Shown in pieces: positions 59,456 through 64,000 of a stretch of 64,000 nucleotides of DNA. Location of the stretch: the NCBI GenBank assembly GCA_001792345.1, contig MGGJ01000009.1, positions 3,711-67,710 of the forward strand, written 5' to 3'. Both the position numbers and the translations under genes were made by a program. Origin of the DNA: Candidatus Woesebacteria bacterium RIFCSPHIGHO2_01_FULL_39_32. Lineage in GTDB: Bacteria; Patescibacteriota; Microgenomatia; UBA8517. Under the pieces are notes generated by a model. It worked only from the letters and a program-made list of their open reading frames with translations. It had not been told where the DNA came from and did not search any database. How positions within the stretch are numbered: position 1 is the stretch's first letter; the number at the start of each line of letters is the position of its first letter.

Positions 59456-60733
59456 TTACTTCGCAGCAGTTGTATCTGTTGCTCTTACTTCCCGAATTGC
59501 GGTAACTTTAATCTGGCCTGCATATTCCGCTTCTTTTTCAAGCTTTTTCGCGATATCGTGAGCCAAAACTGTTAGCGCGTCGTCGTCTACCTCTTCTGGA
59601 GAAACAACTACCCTGACGTCACGACCAGCTTGAAATGCATAAGCTTCTGCAACTCCCTGAAATGTTTTAACAATCTCCTCTATCTTTTCCATCCTCTTCA
59701 CATAATCCTCATGCGGTTCATAGCGAGCTCCAGGTCGGGAACCTGAAATTGCGTCCGCAATCCAAACCACAATAGACTCAACTGAAGAAAAGGATTTATC
59801 TTCATGATGTTCAGCAACAGCTGCGACCACCTCTTTCGGAAAACCATGTCGCTTTAAAACTGTAACTCCCGCATCAACGTGGGTCCCTTCCTCCTCGGTT
59901 ACGACTTTTCCAATGTCATGTAGTAAACACCCCAAACGCACTGTTTCAATATTTGCACCGATTTCGGAAGCTATAGCAATTCCTATTTTTGTCTCTTCAA
60001 TTGTATGGAGACCTAAATTTTGTCCGTATGAAGTTCGGAATTTGTACCTACCAATAAGCATCAGGATGTCCGTCGGGAGGTTATATACCCCGCATTCGGC
60101 CGAAATTTTTCTTCCTTCTTCCAATAAAACGTCATCCATTTGAGTTTTAACTTGACGAACAACTTCCTCAATTCGCGAAGGCTGAATGCGGGTGTCTTTG
60201 ATAAGAATTTCAAGAGCTCTTTTTGCGCTTTCCCTCCTAACCGAATCAAAAGAAGAAAGACGAATTTCATTAGTTTCGTCTAGTTCGAGTTCGACTCCGG
60301 TTTCACGCTCGAAAGCGCGAATATTTCGCCCCTCTTTTCCAATAATTCTACCCTTAACTTCTTCGTTCGGAACAGCTATAGTCGAAACGGTATATTCTGC
60401 AACATAGGAAGTTGCGCCATGCTTCATGGCATCGGCCAGAATTTCCTTCGCACGCTCGTTGGCTTCCTGTCGAACTCTTTCTTCGGCCGAGCGAATTCTC
60501 TTTGCAATATCTCCTTTTAAATCTCTTTCAACCTCTTCCAGAAGCACTTTCTTTGCTTCATCAATAGTCATCTTAGAAGCCCTTTGAAGCTTTTCTAGAA
60601 GATCTTCCTGTCGTTTTTTCAGTTGAGTTTCTTTACGTTGTAATTCTTCTCGCTCACGTTTTATTTCTCCGACTAATATTTTGATATCGTCTGTAGCCAT
60701 AATTTTTTTAGGAGAAAAGGAAGTCCCGCTCAA
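59456..60733 (-). CDS. rny: Ribonuclease Y
   Basis: Coiled-coil N-terminus, KH domain (IIGKEGRNIRAFE) and HD domain (LLHDIGK...HH). Confidence 0.8.
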   Translation of the reverse strand: MSGTSFSPKKIMATDDIKILVGEIKREREELQRKETQLKKRQEDLLEKLQRASKMTIDEAKKVLLEEVERDLKGDIAKRIRSAEERVRQEANERAKEILADAMKHGATSYVAEYTVSTIAVPNEEVKGRIIGKEGRNIRAFERETGVELELDETNEIRLSSFDSVRRESAKRALEILIKDTRIQPSRIEEVVRQVKTQMDDVLLEEGRKISAECGVYNLPTDILMLIGRYKFRTSYGQNLGLHTIEETKIGIAIASEIGANIETVRLGCLLHDIGKVVTEEEGTHVDAGVTVLKRHGFPKEVVAAVAEHHEDKSFSSVESIVVWIADAISGSRPGARYEPHEDYVKRMEKIEEIVKTFQGVAEAYAFQAGRDVRVVVSPEEVDDDALTVLAHDIAKKLEKEAEYAGQIKVTAIREVRATDTTAAK

Positions 60734-60811
60734 ATATTAAGCGGCGAGGCTGTATAAGTTACTCTAAAAAAGGTCGTAACAACCATATTTTCTAATCTCC
60801 TACATTGAATT

Positions 60812-61447
60812 TTACACACTATCGTTAAATTCGTCAATTCTTTTTATTGCTGTTTTTATTGTTTCCCAGCCAAATCCGTGTCGGGCTAAATATTCAGACA
60901 TCTTTTTACGAGCGGTGGAATCATCTAACTTTTCCCATATATATTTCTTCTTTTCTATCAGTTTTTTGGCTTGGGCTACCTCATCTATATTTGCCTCATC
61001 TAAAACTTCGTTGATGATTTCCTTTTTTATTCCCTTACTTATTAATTCATAATTTAGAATTCTTTTCGACTTTGGCCGAAACGTCTGCCTTTGATCTACC
61101 CACCATGCAGCAAATTTTTTATCATTCAAAAAATCCAAGCGCTTTAGTCTATTGAAGAGCTCTTCATGAAGACTTTTGTGAACTTTGTGCTTTCTCAACC
61201 AATATATATATTCATTCTCGCTTCTTGGACGCAAGCTGCCGAATCTTAAAATCTTATCGTAAATTTGTTGAAATTCTCCTTCTCTGACTATCTTCTCTAT
61301 CTTTTCTTCGGATAGCTCCTGTTCAACCTTCAAACCTAGTTTTACAAAAGTCTCCAAATCCAACCCAAATCCATATTTATCATCTAGATAAATATTAACC
61401 CTTTTACCATTCCTTTGAGGTTTAACAGAAGTAATAGTTGGCATCAA
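60812..61447 (-). CDS. recX: Recombination regulator RecX
   Basis: Three-helical-repeat RecX pattern. Located immediately downstream of recA. Confidence 0.65.
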   Translation of the reverse strand: MMPTITSVKPQRNGKRVNIYLDDKYGFGLDLETFVKLGLKVEQELSEEKIEKIVREGEFQQIYDKILRFGSLRPRSENEYIYWLRKHKVHKSLHEELFNRLKRLDFLNDKKFAAWWVDQRQTFRPKSKRILNYELISKGIKKEIINEVLDEANIDEVAQAKKLIEKKKYIWEKLDDSTARKKMSEYLARHGFGWETIKTAIKRIDEFNDSV

Positions 61448-61580
61448 TTAATATTAACTTGTACGGGAACGTAACTCAAAATTCAAATGTCGAAAGTCAA
61501 ATCTAAAAGCCTTGAAAATTTTAAGTTAAGGGTTTAAAGTTGTGGTTTTGAAATTTGAGTTTTGCACTTTGAGTTAAATT

Positions 61581-62663
61581 CTATTCTTCTTTCTCTTCCC
61601 CAATCTCTTTCGGTACTTTTTTTCCTGCCGCAACTGCTTCTCGAATCCTTCTTTCAATTTCTTCTGCTAGTTTTTTATCATCACGGATTGCCATTTTAGC
61701 TCCTTCCCGTCCCTGAGCCAAAGGCTTGCCATCATAATTGAAAAAGGAGCCCTTTTTCTCAATCAAAGCAAGGTCGACTGCAACATCTAAAAGCCCGCCA
61801 GTTTTAGAAATTCCTTCTTCATTCATTATGTCAAATTCAGCTACTCTCAAGGGTGGGGCAACTTTATTTTTGACAATCCTTGCACGATGACGCGAACCGA
61901 TAACTGTGTCTCCATCTTTGAGTACTTCAATGCGTCGAACATCGATTCTTACAGATGAATAAAACTTTAGGGCAAGTCCACCCGGTGTCGTTTCAGGATT
62001 ACCAAACATTACTCCAATTTTTTGGCGAAGTTGATTTGTAAAAATTAGAACGGTTTTTGATTTAGAAATTGCACCGGTTAACTTCCGTAGCGCTTGACTC
62101 ATAAGACGGGCTTGCAAGCCCATTACCGCATCTCCCATCTCCCCTTCCAGCTCGGCACGGGGAACAAGTGCGGCAACTGAGTCAACAACTATGACATCGA
62201 GCCCTCCCGAACGTATTAAAGTTTCGGTAATCTCTAAAGCTTGTTCTCCTGTATCGGGCTGTGACATCAATAAATCGTCTAAATTAACTCCTATTGTTTC
62301 AGCTCGTTCCGGATCTAGCGCGTGTTCGGCATCGATAAACGCACACTGTCCTCCCCGTTTTTGTGCCTCGGCAATAACATGTAGTGCTAGGGTAGTTTTT
62401 CCCGAAGCTTCTGGCCCATAGATTTCTACTATACGACCCCTCGGAAGTCCGCCGACACCAAGTGCCAAGTCGATTGCGATTGATCCAGTCGGGATTGTGT
62501 CGACTTTATAACGTTCATCCATCCTTTCACCCAACTTCATAATTGAGCCTTTACCATACTGCTTCTCGATCTGTTCCATCGCAAGTTTGATTGCTGCAAG
62601 TTTTCCTGAAGTATCTGTCTTTTGTTCCGGAGCTTTTACTTCTTCCTTTTTAGGACGTGCCAT
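61581..62663 (-). CDS. recA: Recombinase RecA
   Basis: Walker A (GPEASGKTT), the [14 protein letters not shown] region, and L1/L2 loops. Confidence 0.95.
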   Translation of the reverse strand: MARPKKEEVKAPEQKTDTSGKLAAIKLAMEQIEKQYGKGSIMKLGERMDERYKVDTIPTGSIAIDLALGVGGLPRGRIVEIYGPEASGKTTLALHVIAEAQKRGGQCAFIDAEHALDPERAETIGVNLDDLLMSQPDTGEQALEITETLIRSGGLDVIVVDSVAALVPRAELEGEMGDAVMGLQARLMSQALRKLTGAISKSKTVLIFTNQLRQKIGVMFGNPETTPGGLALKFYSSVRIDVRRIEVLKDGDTVIGSRHRARIVKNKVAPPLRVAEFDIMNEEGISKTGGLLDVAVDLALIEKKGSFFNYDGKPLAQGREGAKMAIRDDKKLAEEIERRIREAVAAGKKVPKEIGEEKEE

Positions 62664-62729
62664 TTGTTATCTTATAGCATCGTTTATAGTAAAATACAAG
62701 ATATAATTATCCGATAGAATTTAAGAAAT

Positions 62730-63047
62730 ATGAAAGTAATACTTCAAAACGCAATCACTTTAAACGGATTAATTGCCGGAAAAAACCATGATACAAGCTG
62801 GGTATCTGATGCTGATTGGGAAAACTTCATGAATTTGGTAAAAAGAATTGGTGTAATGATTATAGGAAGAGTTACATATGACGTGATGAAAAAGGAAGGA
62901 GAACTTAAAAATTATTCGTATATTTTAACGGTGGTTATGACTGGAAATCGTAAACTGGAAAAGGAAGATAAAAATTTAATCATTAGCTCAAAATCTCCTA
63001 AACAAATACTGGAATTTTTAAAAAAACGTTATCCAACTTCATTATAA
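62730..63047 (+). CDS. Short DHFR/RibD-C-like protein (105 aa)
   Basis: MKVILQNAITLNGLIAG...SW resembles the dihydrofolate-reductase-family N-terminus. Much shorter than a canonical FolA. Confidence 0.35.
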   Translation: MKVILQNAITLNGLIAGKNHDTSWVSDADWENFMNLVKRIGVMIIGRVTYDVMKKEGELKNYSYILTVVMTGNRKLEKEDKNLIISSKSPKQILEFLKKRYPTSL

Positions 63048-63056
63048 AGTTAAGAA

Positions 63057-63581
63057 ATGAAAAATTACAAATTTTGTCCATATTGCGGAAAGCCTTCAAA
63101 AAAATATAAGGAATATTTTGCGTGTACAAATTGCGGCAAGGTAGTTTATCTCAATTCGTATCCTACAGCGTCGGCATTTATTGTAGAAAACTCAAAATAT
63201 CTAATTTCCAAACGCGCAATAGAACCCAGCAAAGGAAAATATGACGTAGTCGGAGGATTTTTAAAGGAGGGAGAAACTCCTGAAAAAGGTTTAAGAAGAG
63301 AATTTAGAGAAGAAACAGGTTCATCCGTAAAAATAATTGATCTCTTGGGAATTTACTTGGGTAAATACGATTACCAAGGAGATATTATAACTACATTCAA
63401 CGTTTGCTATATTGCAAAATTAACAAATCCTAAAATCGACCCCCGCGATGATGTGGCTTCTTTTCATTGGTTCCCAATTAATAAAATTCCGAAAAACTTG
63501 TCAGACCCATGGCTAGCAAAAGCACTAAAAGATCTCCAGATTTGGTATGCCAAACAACAAAAAATTAAAACTAATCATTGA
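63057..63581 (+). CDS. Nudix hydrolase with an N-terminal Zn-ribbon
   Basis: CPYCG...CTNCG zinc ribbon. Nudix box GGFLKEGETPEKGLRREFREETG. Confidence 0.8.
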   Translation: MKNYKFCPYCGKPSKKYKEYFACTNCGKVVYLNSYPTASAFIVENSKYLISKRAIEPSKGKYDVVGGFLKEGETPEKGLRREFREETGSSVKIIDLLGIYLGKYDYQGDIITTFNVCYIAKLTNPKIDPRDDVASFHWFPINKIPKNLSDPWLAKALKDLQIWYAKQQKIKTNH

Positions 63582-64000
63582 ACTCGTTCCCGCCTCTTCT
63601 TGGCAAAATAATTTAAGAAGTCTACTTAAACCCCAAATGTGGGAGAATTTAAGAAAAGAAGTCTACAAAAAAAATAATTACAAGTGTGTTATTTGTGGCG
63701 CCGGGGAAAAATTACACGCTCATGAAGTTTGGGAATATGATGATGAAAAACATATTCAAAAACTTGTTAACTTAATAGCCATTTGTTCCAAATGCCACGC
63801 AGTCGAACATATTGGTCTTGCCGGGATTCAAGCGAGTCAAGGAAAAGTAAATTTTGAAAATTTAGTAAAGCATTTTATGAAGGTAAATAATTGCGATCGC
63901 GAAACCTTTGAAAAACACCAAAAAGAAGCTTTCAAAAAATTCGAAGAAAGAAGTCGGTTCGACTGGGGGTTAGATTTATCTAACTATAAAAATAGATTAA
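63547..64000 (+). CDS. HNH-endonuclease-domain protein (partial, runs off the window end)
   Basis: CxxC...HAHEVWEYDD...CSKCHAVEH, an HNH-like motif. The start at 63547 overlaps the Nudix gene 3' end by 35 nt. An alternative ATG lies at 63637. Confidence 0.5.
   Translation, partial: MPNNKKLKLIIELVPASSWQNNLRSLLKPQMWENLRKEVYKKNNYKCVICGAGEKLHAHEVWEYDDEKHIQKLVNLIAICSKCHAVEHIGLAGIQASQGKVNFENLVKHFMKVNNCDRETFEKHQKEAFKKFEERSRFDWGLDLSNYKNRL

Noticed and set aside
63945-63975. GGTTCGACTGGGGG resembling a tRNA/tmRNA T-arm
   Set aside because: The flanks cannot form a T-stem or acceptor stem, and it lies inside the HNH-domain CDS.

Overview
This 64 kb window comes from an AT-rich, gene-dense bacterial genome. 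It has several hallmarks of Candidate Phyla Radiation (Patescibacteria-like) lineages: an archaeal-type AspRS, a fused PilM-PilN, a short RNase P RNA, a Rel protein that stops after the TGS domain, weak Shine-Dalgarno sequences, and many small secreted or membrane proteins. I saw no rRNA, tRNA or CRISPR array.

Supportable content, by theme:
- **Translation and RNA metabolism:** gltX, aspS (with an upstream T-box leader and a fused C-terminal YbaK/ProX-like deacylase domain), cca, dtd, miaA, rny, and an RNase P RNA (rnpB) that the ORF track does not show.
- **Stringent response and DNA repair:** rel, recJ, recA-recX, an HhH-GPD glycosylase, comM/yifB.
- **Secretion and envelope:** secD-secF, a DacA-like D,D-carboxypeptidase, an RlpA-like DPBB protein, a 918-aa M23-peptidase protein, a rhomboid protease, a CAP-domain protein.
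- **Type IV pilus locus (42.3-52.0 kb):** pilin, PilO-like, PilM/N fusion, three divergent pseudopilin-like genes, PilC, PilB.
- **Other:** a sensor kinase with a receiver-only partner next to glgP, a VapBC pair, an ABC-2 exporter, HU, a Nudix hydrolase and an HNH protein at the window edge.

Candidate novel content, all without recognisable family assignments from sequence alone:
- **Accessory islet (18.9-22.2 kb):** two small acidic ORFs, a deviant P-loop NTPase fused to an OmpR-type winged helix, a translationally coupled 324-aa unknown, a tail-anchored 97-aa protein, and an unannotated small Zn-ribbon gene.
- **Two-gene operon of large unknown proteins (35.2-37.7 kb)** next to the two-component pair.
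- **A 30-bp near-perfect palindrome** present upstream of two unrelated genes.
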